A DNA stretch of 64,000 nt from Callorhinchus milii (Eukaryota): contig NW_024704745.1 of the NCBI RefSeq assembly GCF_018977255.1, positions 32,240,001-32,304,000 of the forward strand, read 5' to 3'. Numbering within the stretch: position 1 is the stretch's first letter; each line of letters begins with the position of its first letter. The translations under genes were made by a program, and so were the position numbers. Below are positions 45,361 through 58,235 of the stretch, one piece after another. The notes below the pieces were generated by a model, which worked only from the letters and a program-made list of their open reading frames with translations, was not told the DNA's origin and searched no databases.

Positions 45361-47251
45361 GCACATTATGATATGAATCTTTTTTTAAAAACCTTTTATT
45401 TGTGCAGCTATCAGCATCTAAAGCCTGCTGAATAAACTAGACTCCAAGGGACATGAAAAAGTAATTTTAAGCAGAATTAGTAATTATTTTCTTGAAGAGT
45501 TTATTGATCTGCTGAAAGGTGCTCTTGCACAACATTCCCACAAATGCAGAAGTCTGATGGCACTGTGAACCAGCTGGACAAAAGCAGTCATCACACTGAG
45601 TTCAGATAATAATAATATAATAATAAGCAGGACAAAGTAAAATTAATCTCTGCATTTAATATAGCACCTTTTACATGAGGGCGTCTCAAAAGTGCTTTAT
45701 AGGATTTGGAGTAATGTGAAGTTACTGTGTATATTGTAGGCAAATCAACCAGTTTTGTTACAATTAATCGAAATTGCACTAAGATTACATCTTTTAAATC
45801 CATCCCCTTAATATCCATATTTTTGAAATTCATACTTGTGACTTTGTGCTTTCATTTTAATTTTGTTTTAGAGCTGCTTTTAGCCAGCAGCAAATATGCT
45901 TGTTTGTTCTGCATCATTGATGTCTGATGACATCCAGTGCGATCTTATCACTTAATAAGTGATGATCAAGAGTCTGATTGTCAGACACTACCACATTTTT
46001 ATATTATATATGAAATAGCAACCAAGTGAAATTATTTTTGTTGTGTTCTCTTCCAACGTTCTCCCCTCTCTACCTGTCCTGACATTTTTGACATGTTCTT
46101 CTATCCACTGGGGTATGGTTCCACATGTATTGGGGCAGCCCCTGTTGTCTTACCTAAGTGGTCATTGTTCACGTATGAGTTGTGTCGGGGGCAATTTTAT
46201 CTCACTGTACCATTACAGCAGAACCAGAATCTGTCTTCAACTAAGACCTCAAATTCCTCATGGTCTTAGTCCATTAATACACAGCTAAGTGATGAGATAA
46301 GTTAACTTAGTAAAGACCAAGGGTCAAACCTAGACTTTCTCAATAAGTGTGCCTCAGCTACTCATTGAATAACTTGATGTAAGCTTTATTTTAAATCATA
46401 TCAATAAGTCACTACTTGTTACTATTTTTGTTCAAGTCTGTAATCTCACCATCTCCTGCAAAGGTCATTCAGTTTGAGTTTGAAATCCGATATGTCAAAC
46501 TAGTGAGGGTGTTATATTGCTGCCTCATGATGTAAACAAATATCAGAGAGTATAATTATCTAATTAATGAACAGTGCTGTCAAACCTTGACTGGGCATCA
46601 AAAGCAAAGTGAAAGGTTATTAATACCACAACGGCTGAGATAGCCACAATGTTAAATGTGTATGGACTGTATCGCTACAAAATATATATTAAAAAAAGCT
46701 ACAGTCCAACTAATCTGAACTTCCAATACCCGCAGCAGGATTACCGATGCTACGTGTTTTTATTGTGGATAATGAACATTCATCATCCTGGTGCTGTCAG
46801 GAATCGTATGGTCTCTGGTGACCTGTAAACCTTGGTAAAATGATATATAGCCTTGCAGTGTTGCAAATAAAGTTGAACAACACAACATCATGTTCTGCTA
46901 TATCATGTTTGTGTTTGTCTCTTGAAACACTTAAATTGGTCTTTCAAGTAATCGCAAACTGGGAGTTTATCCTTTGAAGTGATTCCTTCATATCAGGGCA
47001 CTCAAATAGGAGGCTTAAACGCAAACCATGCATCACAAACAGGTGCTGAGCTTTCATTTAAACTTGAGAGGCAGAGATTTGCAAACATTTGCTGTAACTC
47101 CATGATCGCTAGTATTTACATATTGTTAATAAATGGCATTACTCAGGTTTCTGAGGATATTGGAGCAAATCATAAAGTCATCAAAGGACTGATATTTGAT
47201 TTGGCATGACAACCATTGTTATTTCTTTAGTATTTAACATTTCTAGTATTT

Positions 47252-47322
47252 TGTGAAGCGCTTTGAGATGTCGGGAAGACGTGAAAAGCGCTATATCAAA
47301 TGCAAGGATTATTATTATTATA
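47252..47322 (+). mobile_element. SINE 3' tail only
   Basis: TGTGAAGCGCTTTGAGATGTCGGGAAGACGTGAAAAGCGCTATATCAAATGCAAGGATTATTATTAT. Confidence 0.9.
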
Positions 47323-47777
47323 TTATATATTTAGTATCTCAAGTTACTTTAGACCATGGTTTGGTTTTGAATTGCTGGTTCAGATTACCATCAGACTTGT
47401 CAAATGATGAAAGTGCTTCTGAAAAACTAATGAAGTAGAAGGTGACAAAGGTAAGTGTATATAGCACCATGTGATTGGCACTACAGCAGTAGCCAGTCCT
47501 TCCTTGTAGGCGCACAGATAGGAGACTGTAAACACACCAGTATCACAAGCAGGTTGCGAACTTTAATTTAAACTGAAGAGGCAGAGATCTGCAAATATTT
47601 GCTGTAACTCCATGATCTGCAGTATTTACATATCGATAATAAATGGATGGAAGTATCAGATAATCTAGCATATATTATTTATGATCATGGACAACATCTT
47701 GCTTTTACTGTACTTTATATTTTAGTTGCTTTTTTTCCTCTGTGCTTTTGCAAGCACTGCTTATGCTGTCTCTCTCC

Positions 47778-48093
47778 GGAGTCCTGTAGCTCAGTGGTTA
47801 GAGCACTCGCTTTGCAAGCGAGAGACCTGAGTTCAATTCCAGGCAGGGCAAAAGCTTGGGCAAGTTTCCTTACTCCACACAGAGCCTAATAATAATCCCT
47901 CCAAAACCAAAAACAATAATAAATTGGTCATTTTCAATCTATGACTGTTTGTGGGACATTGCTGTGCGCAATTGGCTGCCGCGTTCGCCCACAAATATAC
48001 AGTCAATTCACTTTACAGTGTGTTCTGTGAAGCGCTTTGGGACGTCCTCCCGATGTGAAAAGCGCTATATCAAATGCAAGGATTATTATTATT
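47778..48093 (+). mobile_element. Young tRNA-Ala(TGC)-like DeuSINE, full-length short form (resembles the elephant shark SINE2-1_CM type, from recall)
   Basis: A box TAGCTCAGTGG, anticodon-like arm CTCGC-TTTGCAA-GCGAG, B box GAGTTCAATTCC, Deu segment CTGTTTGTGGGACATTGCTGTGCGCAATTGGCTGCCGCGTTCGCC, L2-type tail and (TAT)n. Confidence 0.95.
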
Positions 48094-48265
48094 ACATCCA
48101 TTTAGTGTCTTGATCGCTGGAAAGTGAGAGAATGTGGAGTGCAGACTTCTCTTAAACCTGCAGCAAATCTGAACATGCAACACTCTGACATGTCAGACCC
48201 ATTTATAAATTATAATGATAGTGATGTATTAAAATAATATCAATGGCAGGAGACCAAACCAAATA

Positions 48266-48696
48266 CAGTAAAAACTCGCTTAAGTCTTATCTTTTAAAAT
48301 TCTAAGTCGTACAGTTACCCAAGTCTCATTCAGTTTCCTATCAAAACCGCTTAGATTTCTTTACACTACTCGTATTATTGACCTCCTAACTCATAACGCC
48401 ACTCCTTTACACTCCATTGCTCCTGGACTTACGATAAGTGCACATGCGGAGACAGGTCAAGAGGCATTGAATTGCGGCAAATGTGGTCTTAACCAGTCAC
48501 CACATGCAGACTTATCGGTTGCGCACTTACCAGCTGCAATGACACTTAACAGCTGCATTGAATTACCCATGTGCAGGGTAGATTATTAATTAAATCGGAT
48601 TTCTGTAGTTTACACAGTTTGCCTGCAACTTGGATTTCGTGTAAGTCATACTAAATAGTACGGTGCCGACTGATACTACTTATGTGAGTTTTAATG
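48266..48696. mobile_element. Tigger/pogo-like (Tc1/mariner superfamily) MITE
   Basis: Left end CAGTAAAAACTCGCTTAAGT versus right-end reverse complement CATTAAAACTCACATAAGT, with TA on both flanks (48264-65, 48697-98). Confidence 0.72.
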
Positions 48697-48789
48697 TATC
48701 AGCTTACTTTAAGCACGTTACAGAGCGATAAACATGTGTTTCTGGCAACTTAACACAACTTAATATACATTGGGTTGTGCTCAGTATAT

Positions 48790-48919
48790 TTCGTCCACAA
48801 ATATACAGTCAATTCATTTCACAGTATATTCTGTGAAGTGCTTTGAGAAGTCTAGAAGACATGAAAAGCACTATATCAAACACAAGGATTATTATTATAT
48901 CAAATGCAAAGATTATTAT
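48790..48919 (+). mobile_element. SINE 3' fragment with a doubled terminal motif (further tails at about 49040-49115 and 49185-49285)
   Basis: CTATATCAAACACAAGGATTATTATTATATCAAATGCAAAGATTATTAT. Confidence 0.88.
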
Positions 48920-49707
48920 AGCTCAGTTTTGACTGTATTTATTGAAGTTTACACACGGGAGGAAGTTATTCAGCATATTGTGTCTAAGATGTCGCTAACT
49001 CTGCCAGTGAGTTATCTAATTTAATCCCATTAACCCAGTCTTGCCGTCTATCCTTTAATATCCTGTGAAGCACTCTGAGATGTCCTCCAGTCAAATGTAA
49101 GGATTATTATTATTATATTGCTTCAACTATATTCCCTTTTAAATACTGTTTTTGGAGTTTGGCTTCCACAATCATTTGTGGTACCCACAAAACACCACTT
49201 TACAATATTTCCTGCAAAGCACTTTGAGACGTCCTCCTGATGTGAATGGTGCTATATCAAATGCAAGGGTTATTATTATTATTAATAATTAATAGTAACA
49301 GCATTCTACATTTGAACAACCCTATTTGTAAAATAAATTATTCTAACTTCACCTTTTATCTTCTAGTGATAATGTCAGTTTATATCCTGTTGTTACTGAC
49401 TCAATTAATGAAAAGTCTTTTTATTTACACTATTAATATCATTCATAATTTTGCAAATGTCCGTTGAGTCCTCATTCTTCTCTGCTTGACAAAAACAGCC
49501 CCAGTTGTTCTGGTTCCCTCCCAGGATTTCAGGATTTCCCTGCACACATTTGCGGGATCCAACAACAATTTACATTTACAAAGCGCCTTTCTCGTCAAGA
49601 GGATGTCTGAAAACACTTCAAACAATTGACTTTGAGCCCATGCTGAGGTGGAGGGGGCAGGGGGAGAGAAGGAGAATGGTGGGTCTTAAGGATAGCTTTA
49701 TAATGCT

Positions 49708-49870
49708 AACAATCCTTGCATTTGATTTCACGCCATCATTGAGACGTCTCAAAGCGCTTCACAGAATATAGTGTAAATTGAATTGACTATGTGTATATTG
49801 TGGGTGAAACGTGGCAGCCAATTGCACACAGCAGTGTCCCATAAACAGTCGATGATTGAGTAACCAATTG
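49708..49870 (-). mobile_element. DeuSINE 3' half
   Basis: AATCCTTGCATTTGAT...GGCAGCCAATTGCACACAGCAGTGTCCCATAAACAGTC. Confidence 0.87.
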
Positions 49871-50359
49871 TTTTGGGCTTTAATCGTGGAGATGGAATAC
49901 CCAGAACTAAATGAGCTTGTGGCAACAAGGTGATGTTATGATTTAGATATGCAAAGACATCAAGGGCATCACTGCGTTCAAGTGGAGCTTGTCAACGACC
50001 ATACCCAATTAGTAGACCACCTCTGGACTTAGTAGCAAAGAGCTCCAGCAGCACCTATATTACCCTGTTTACGTTGCAATGATGACAACTGATCAAACAG
50101 TTAGCGAAACAAAACATTATTATGGATGAGCATCAAACTGCCAGGAGTCAGAAGCACCCCTGCCAAGTATCCTGCTGATGAATCAGAGCTTTCCTTGTCA
50201 AGATACTAACAATACGTTAACATCTCTGATGAACCACAATGAAAACCAGACTCGCCTGTTTAAAGTGCCACCAAAATACAAATACAGGGAAATCTTGTTC
50301 AAACGCAGTCATAGACTGCAATATCTATGTGGCTGCATTATAAGTGAGGCTCAGAACCA

Positions 50360-50540
50360 TGGCCAATATCAGGTTACCACTGACGTCACTTCTTGTTCAC
50401 TTCCTGTTCCCTATGCCTAGAAAGTGCCTCTGATGTCACTTTCTTCGTGAAGTGATGTTAGCGTTACGTCCTGTGCCTGACGTGGATGAACAACAGGTAG
50501 CATCCCGAAGCGATTCACGGTGGTGGAGTCCGACGCCGAG
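50360..50540. promoter_or_regulatory. Candidate CRE/ETS/CCAAT regulatory cluster
   Basis: CCAAT 50363, TGACGTCA 50381, CACTTCCTGT 50398, TGATGTCA 50431, TGACGT 50478, with locally retained CpGs. Confidence 0.35.
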
Positions 50541-53500
50541 CCAGGGGTTTAGCAAGTGCCCAGAGAAGAGCCATGCTACAAACAAGGAGGCAATGCTATA
50601 TTGAAGGACACACCAACGGGGTACCCCTAAACATACAAACATAACTCCCACAATTATAATATTTAAAAAAATAAAACACTTGGAAAAGTCACAGACAAAT
50701 CACATCAGAGGGTTACAACTATATTATATATAGTGTTCTGAATTGGGCCAAAGTGATTTTTTTAGGAATAGAATAGATCCAAGTCAACAGAGCAGCTTAG
50801 TTTCATTGCAACACTTAAGTATGAAGAGTCTGCAGTAAAATAGCTTGTAGGAGGAAGTACAGCATTTGAAACATCCGCCTGCCTTTGCTGTCAGTCAGGG
50901 CTTTGAACTGTGTACTCGATTGAATCAAAGCAAAGAGCAGAGAGTCTAACTTAATCAATAAAAACTTCAACAATGGAGTACAATTTAGCTCTTTCTCATT
51001 GTGATCCAAATGCATCTTAATTATCATTGATATTAATAAATGTTATAGATTTGAAACTACAGTACTCAAAATACTTTAAATTAATGTTAAGTAATCATTT
51101 TATGTTATCTGGTTGCCCTACAAAGTGCCGTTATAGTGAGTATATACAAACTTAAGATAGCCTAATTTATCATTGTGCTTTATCTTACTGTAATGAGAAA
51201 TTATTACCTTCTGGTCTTGGTCCCTAGCATTGGCACAATCAAAGATTAACATTTAAAGACAATGGAAGTTAATTTTTTCATAATGTTTCCTTGGATGAAG
51301 ATGGACAATTAGATCACAGGAGGGGAGGGTTGCCTTGTAATTCACGTCTGCCCAGTAAACTTAGCAGCAACTCCTGAAAAGTTGTTTTGTATTGTTCTTT
51401 CTCTCTGTTGATTGAATTCGGATAGCGCTGTACCTGTTAGAAGAAGCTAGTCTGGTTCTCCGGGAAAGCATTGTTCTTATCTAATTTGCACATGCACCTG
51501 CATCATGATGAAAAGTAACAGCATCTTTTCCATTACATTTGTTCATTCACAACAAAACTAGCGCGTATCTTGCAATCTGCATCACTTTGCCAAAAGTGTG
51601 TATTTCCATATCCTTCCATTAGTCTCATACAAAGCTTGCTCAAAGCTCACTGATTGTGTAGCTGCAAAATGACCATTTCCTTGCAATGCCTATTATTTCA
51701 CACAAAGATTGTAGCATTCAAGGGAAAGAAATGATAAATAAGCTGGTCTCCGAGATATTTCTGGTCTTAAATGGACGAGGAAGACTAACCAGTTTTCTGA
51801 CAGCTGTTTACAGCTTTCCTTAACATATCATGGTACATGAAGTGCTTCCTGATAACATTGATGGTACAGCTGAAAGGAAATGTCATGGGAATCTGAAGCA
51901 AGAATGTCCTTGAGCTTTTTTGTGTGCTTTCTGCTACCTCTTGTGCAGCTCTAATGGCCTCACGTAAATTCAACTTTTTAATCTGAGTCTAAAACCAATT
52001 AGTTTCACTAAAACTAGTTTATGCCAAGAGTGTAATTTGTCTTCATTATCATTGAACGCAACTAAAGCCCTAGAACAGTCCCCTAGAACATTTTTTTCTG
52101 AATGTTTTATCATGAGAAGGCATTTTGGTGTAATCAAACTTTCCTATAGGTTTCTGCTCAGTCACTTCCTAAGTCAGTGAGACTTGCTTCTCCAACTATA
52201 AATGATACAGTTATATGGGCTTCGAAGCAGTAACTGATTAGTTCATTTCTCTCTATAATGTAAACGTTACAATAAGGCATTTCTCATTAACCTGTCCCAC
52301 AAGTCTTTAAGTCAAGTCACTTTATATATTTCCAAGACTTGCTTCTGTGATTGTAAATTACACAGGACTTTCTTTAATTAACTGACTCAGTTAGTAAGTG
52401 GCTGTTTCATTCAGTTCACATTTCTCCAAATTGGTTTCACCTAAACAAACCGTGGTTGGCAACTCAGATGGTTCAAGTTGACCAAAGGAACTTGACATTC
52501 CACCAATATAGGTATCTGTTGGAGCGTCCCTTTTTTACAACCCTGTGCAGTTCGCTCTCCTTGGCCTCTGCATGACCCTGAGGAAATAAGCACCCTCTTC
52601 GCTACACAATTTATGAGCAGCTTGAGGTGACTTGAATAGTGATTCAATTCCGCATCATGGCCTTTACTGGGTGTATCAGATGTAGGCCAAATTCGTCAAT
52701 GTACAGAGCCAGTGAAAAATCTCCACCGCATTTGCCCTTTCATAGAGATGGAAATATTATTAGAAAGGACATAAACAGAATAATTAAATCACAGCAGTGT
52801 GGCTGGGATGACAGCTGTTACTGCGTGTGACCGACCAGATCCATATCTGCAAGCAGGAGGCACTTCACTTCTAATTCATTCTCTGTAATGTGCTCTCAGC
52901 CTTGCTGCAGAGGTATTAAATAATATCATCTAATTTCTGAGGTAGAAATTGATTAAAAGGAAGAAAGTTTTTTTTTGCGGTATCTGCAATCTTTCAGCTC
53001 AAGAGAAAAGGAATTTAAATGCAGTTATTTGGTTGATATAAAAGCTGTAATAACCTCATTACCTTTCAACAGCGGGATCCTAAAAAAAATCAGCAGCCTT
53101 TGCTGATCATGCTGGGACATACAAATGAAACTAACGGCAAAGATCATCTGGCAGAGCCAGAAATGCGTTAACTGGTGGACCTTTCCTTTGTTAAATAGAC
53201 AGCATCTCTGTGATGAAACTGGAAAATTTGTGTAATGTTCACTCCATAATATCTCACAGTAATATCACAACATACCTTAGGATTACAAAAACAGTCAGAA
53301 TAAAGCCTATAACACATACATTAAAAGTAATTCTGAAGGATTTACAGTTTTTAACAGAAAACCCTATTGGATTTACAATTTCTTTAAAAAAAAGGTAGCA
53401 AGAACCCTATGGGATCCTTTTGAATTTTTAACATGTGGTTATCTGTGGATATTTTAATAACATAAAAGGATATATCCTTTAGGGTTTTAGGTAAAGGATC

Positions 53501-56500
53501 TTACAGAACTTCAACTAGGATGACAGCAGGAAAGATGACATTCAAGGGGAAATACATTTTCAAAGCAATGAAATAGATTCATCTCAGCACACTGCATATT
53601 CATTGTTTAAAGTCCAGTCCAAAAGGACTAATACAGCAATGACTGCAATTAATTTCCTCTACCAGTATGCCTATGATTAAAAAAATACACTCGTGAGAAA
53701 ATTAACATCTCACTACAACCAGCTGTCTGGTACTTGCACACAGTACTATTGTGAATTGTGGGCAATTATTAATTCTGCAACATTAAGTTTCAAATGTTCA
53801 TGGATTTGAGTGTACCCAGAGTAGTACAAACAGGCAGGTGTCAATTTTACTGAAGTAAACTCATCTTTTTGAATCCACATTGTAAAACTGGACTGGTATG
53901 TAATAAACTGACACATCCAAATGTTCACCCCACTGGTGACCACCGACTCAGCAGAAGAGGAAAGCAAAGACAGGCAAAATCTACCTTATATCAACAGGGT
54001 CGAAAAGAACCCACAAATATAATATTCTTGTTGTTTGTGTGTGAGTAAAACCTACACTGATAACAGCTGATAAATACTGACTTGTTGCAGAAGTCAAACC
54101 TCTCCAAATTCAGTTGGGACAGAATATGACTATGGAGTGCGGCATGAGTGACCTTTCACAGGATGCCAGTTTACTCGGTCCTGTTAAGAAAAACTTGATA
54201 CACTAATTAGTTTGAAATGCCAGGATCATTGAGCCAAGCTGGAAATACTCCTAGCCCTTGCTCAGTATTATGAAACTGGCTGAAGGCAGATCACTGTGTA
54301 TATCATAAGCAGTTCTCCAGCTAGGCTGCTTTATTAAGACACTACACTGTCTGACATGGGATGCTGACTCCTGCCTCTCCCTCCAAAAAAGACCCGCATT
54401 TAAAGAATAAATGGGAGAAAAACAAGGGGTTGAATCTGTAAAAATCTAAAATGAGGAGTTACCTCCCATTGGCCCTGTGGATAAAAGCGTCAGGCTGGTT
54501 CAGTTCCTAGTCTGCATTGATATTACTTCTCTCAATGGAGGAAACAGTTGGATGCACATCAGATTTAGGGAGGGATTATTGACCAGGGTCTCCTGCTTGT
54601 AAAGTTTGTGTGTGGGTTTTTGGAAGCAAGAACAGGATTGGGCTCAGCTGTGATAATTCCCACAGTCAAAAAGGCTTCCAACAGCAATGATCACATTGAC
54701 TTCTGCAGACATCTAATTGTGAAGTAGCCTGCGATGTGCCAGTAACCAGAGCACTGCCACCACCCATGGAACAGTATTCCAGCAAGAATCAGCACATTCT
54801 GAAGAGGAAGGGGGAAACAGGGCAAAAGAATGGGACAAAAACACAAACAGAAAGAAACATTAAATAAGAGTAACAAGTTGAGTCTACTGAAAGTCATACA
54901 AGTTCTATAGATATTGAGTTGTGCTGATTCGTAAAACGTGGCTCTGTCACCGTCTGTTAACCCCAAATTCCTGCTGGGGAAACGGCAGGGATAAATGTGA
55001 GCTGAACCAAAAAGGCAGAAGGATTAAGTCTCATATCCATCTGAGAACACCGATAATTCTCAGTAATTGGTAAAAAATGAAGATGAATGGGACTAAGAGA
55101 TAAGGAGCAATTAGCTCATCAGTGGTTACAGCTGTGCTCTCAATCCGGATCCTCCTCTCGAGCCCTGGCACTTTCAAATGAGAATTGCAGTCGGAATGAG
55201 CCCAGCGCCCTAACACTCTTCCCTCTTCCCCCAACAACTTCCACAGTTTCCACATGTCTTTTTTACACATCTACAAGTGACACATCTGTCATATTATGCC
55301 AGACTCCTCACCCCCTCCCTAGGTCTTTTCAGCCAAGAACTGGACAGAAATCCATTTAATTATACTTTTTTTTAAAAAAGCAACCTACTTTTTTCTAAAA
55401 TGAAGGGACCGCTTAAATTCCTCGTCACTTGCTTCATTATAACAGCATCATCTGTTTGAAAATACAAGGAATTCCCATATCTAATTACAGACTGGATTTC
55501 AAGTTCATTAACAGCGGCAAGGCAGGGAATTAGATTTAAAAATGCCGAGCTTTGCTCAATGGCTTGCAAGGTCTGCCCTCCTTTTCTGCCTTTCTCAAGG
55601 ACTCCAAGACTTTTCCTGAACCTGCAAAAGTAATTCATTTTTTTCTTAAAATAGGCATTTATGGAGGAAACCACTACCGTGCGGATGTTTTACAATAGGT
55701 TTCTGTTGAGGTCATTGCAATGAAAATAAGACATTTTGTTTCTTTTTACACAGTTATTTATTTGGTTCGTTCAGGAAAGTTGTGTTAAGACACTGTCTAT
55801 AAGATGCAGTCATCATATTTTCTTGAAACTTCTAAAGTCAAACTCTTTGTTCACTCTGCTGGAGATGCCCACTAACTGCTTGCTATAGCCAAGGGTTGGG
55901 GGGTTTTCTGAACAAAAAGTGAACATTCAACTTGAAAAGCCACCCTTCTAACTGTTTCTTTTCTAACTAACTTCTTTACAATTTGAGTCAATTATACATT
56001 AACAAATCGCCTTTTTTCTGCCTCATATACATCACCAATATATTTTATTTTTGCAGTTTTCAAAATAGGCACTTTCATGCCACAGCTAAACCAAATAACA
56101 TCTCGTGAGGTTATTGCACCTATTATAAATTAAGAATGATTAAAATATACAGGCATGGTGAAAATATTTACATTTGCAGAAGGATTAAAATACCCTAACA
56201 GCTATAGTCATCTGAGCACGGTTTGTAACTGCCAACAAAATGCAATTAAGTTCTTAGCGTTACTTGTGTAAATCATAAGCAATAGTATGAAAGCCCACTT
56301 CTAAAAATTCAATTTGAAAAGGCTGTGAAAAGCATTGTTACAGTTGTGTTTATTTTGCCATGATTTATATGCAAGGATATATAAAATACACATGTAGAGT
56401 TTGAATAAACAACACGTCTGTGAGTACAATATATATTCCCAGAGTCCCTGCTGTGAACTCAAATGTAAAAAGGGCAGCAACAGATGTCATGTAAAATGAA

Positions 56501-56942
56501 CTAGACCCCAGAGGACAGTGTCAGCTAATGGAAAATAGGCTTTTAAATGTTCATTTCTGGACCAGAAGAGCTATCTCATTGTCTTTAAAGAGTTAACTTG
56601 AGTTATTAAGCAACCATTTTGATCGAGAAAACCGGAAGCAGAACCAAAACATTTAGGAAAATGCTTAAAAAAGGACTTTACTTCTATGAAATGAAAATAA
56701 TTTTAAGTGAAAGTAATTTAAATGTTATGGTGCAAACTACTCTTACACCCTGTATAACTACTCTTATGACTACAGTTTGTGAAGTAAGGCAGCTTCTGAA
56801 CTGTGCTTCAGTCAATGGAGAGCTCATCTTGCACACATCTGCACAACATTCTGCCACATATATTGGCTCTCTCACAACATATCTGTTTGTAGGAGCAACA
56901 GGAAACTACTTTATTGCAAGAATTAACCATTATTGTTAGTAA

Positions 56943-57265
56943 TAATATAATATCACTTGCATTTGATATAGCACCTTATTACATAGTTGAAACATCTGAA
57001 AGCGCTTCACAAAATATACTGTACATTTTGTGGGCAAAGCACAGCATCCAACTGCATACAGCAGTGTCCCATAAACAACTGTGGACTGAATAATCCCCGG
57101 AAAAGTGAACCGCCCACCAATCGACTGATGACTGGGTTCTTACTTGCTGCTAGGTAAACAGAGGGTTTGGAGTAAGGAAACTTGCCCAAGGTTTCGCCCT
57201 GCCCGGGAATCAAACCTGGGTGCTTTCACTTGCAAAGCGAGTGCTCCAACCAATACTCTACAAGA
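56943..57265 (-). mobile_element. Young DeuSINE, long form
   Basis: Reverse tail, Deu segment, long-form segment CCACCAATCGACTGATGACTGGGTTCTTACTTGCTGCTAGGTAAACAGAGG and head. Confidence 0.88.
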
Positions 57266-58029
57266 CACCACAAGTCTCAGCAAGACAAGAATGAAGAAAA
57301 AGCAGATGTCAAAGTTAATCAATGAATGGTGAAAAACTTAGGAGGTGTAAATGGAATAGAGATAATAATAGATACAATTCTTAGAGGGGTTGGCATCAGA
57401 ACACGGGAACACTTTCTTAGTCACCACTTGGCATTCTCTCAGCAGTGCCACAATCTTGATAGCGGTAAATGGCAGCAAAGGTTATTTGTGTGCATGCTTT
57501 GAATAAACATTAACGTGACTTTTTTACAAAACTTAACACGCATCTCCGGCTCACTGGCTCAGTGGATAACATGGGTTCATGCTTTTCAACAAATACAATT
57601 CCTTTGGGAATTGGATCACAGGTATCTGACAGCAGTCTAATGCCTCCTTTGAAATGCCTGCTTTATAATTAACTAAACCTGTGATTCTCCCCATCATTAT
57701 AGCAGGTTAGATGGGATCTGTCAGCTGAACTGAATCTTTGACTTTTCATTAAATATTATTAAACGATTCGGAACCATAGAAAAGCCCCAGCTTTAAAAGT
57801 TTAATGTGTTTGATTCAGATCATTATAACACACTGAAATTGGCAGATCTGGGTCAATAATCTGGATTTATTCACATTTGGCAAGTCGGATAAAATGGAGC
57901 CAAATGCAAACTTAGCTAGAGGTGTGGTCCATTTACATGAAGCAATAAAGTCTCATTTGCAGCAATACCTAATGGGATTCCTTGATAAGGAAAGTAGAAG
58001 TTCATCAAGCCAACACACAGGAGCTAATG

Positions 58030-58235
58030 CTCAGATGCAGTCTAATTCCAGATCTACATGTGTGATGTCAGATGAGCACATGTGTGACATTAGGTGATCA
58101 TGTATGTGAACATCAGATAAATATCTATGTGGACATTGGGTGGACATGTGTGGACATCAGACAAACATATGGGTGGACGCCAGATTAACAGGTGTGCGGA
58201 AGTCAGATGAACATGCGTGTGGACATCAGATGAGG
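58030..58235. repeat. Degenerate minisatellite, about 20-23-bp unit, roughly 8-9 copies
   Basis: Recurring ACATGTGT(GT)G(G)ACATCAGATGA-like units. Confidence 0.8.

Noticed and set aside
47778-47852. tRNA-Ala(TGC) gene
   Set aside because: A/B boxes and an anticodon-like arm are present, but there is no clean acceptor stem or poly-T terminator, and it continues into the SINE body in many dispersed copies.
55372-55674. 100-aa minus-strand ORF with a plausible acceptor
   Set aside because: No recognisable homology; the homeobox-type motif content fits a non-coding element better, and it is covered in the CNE finding.
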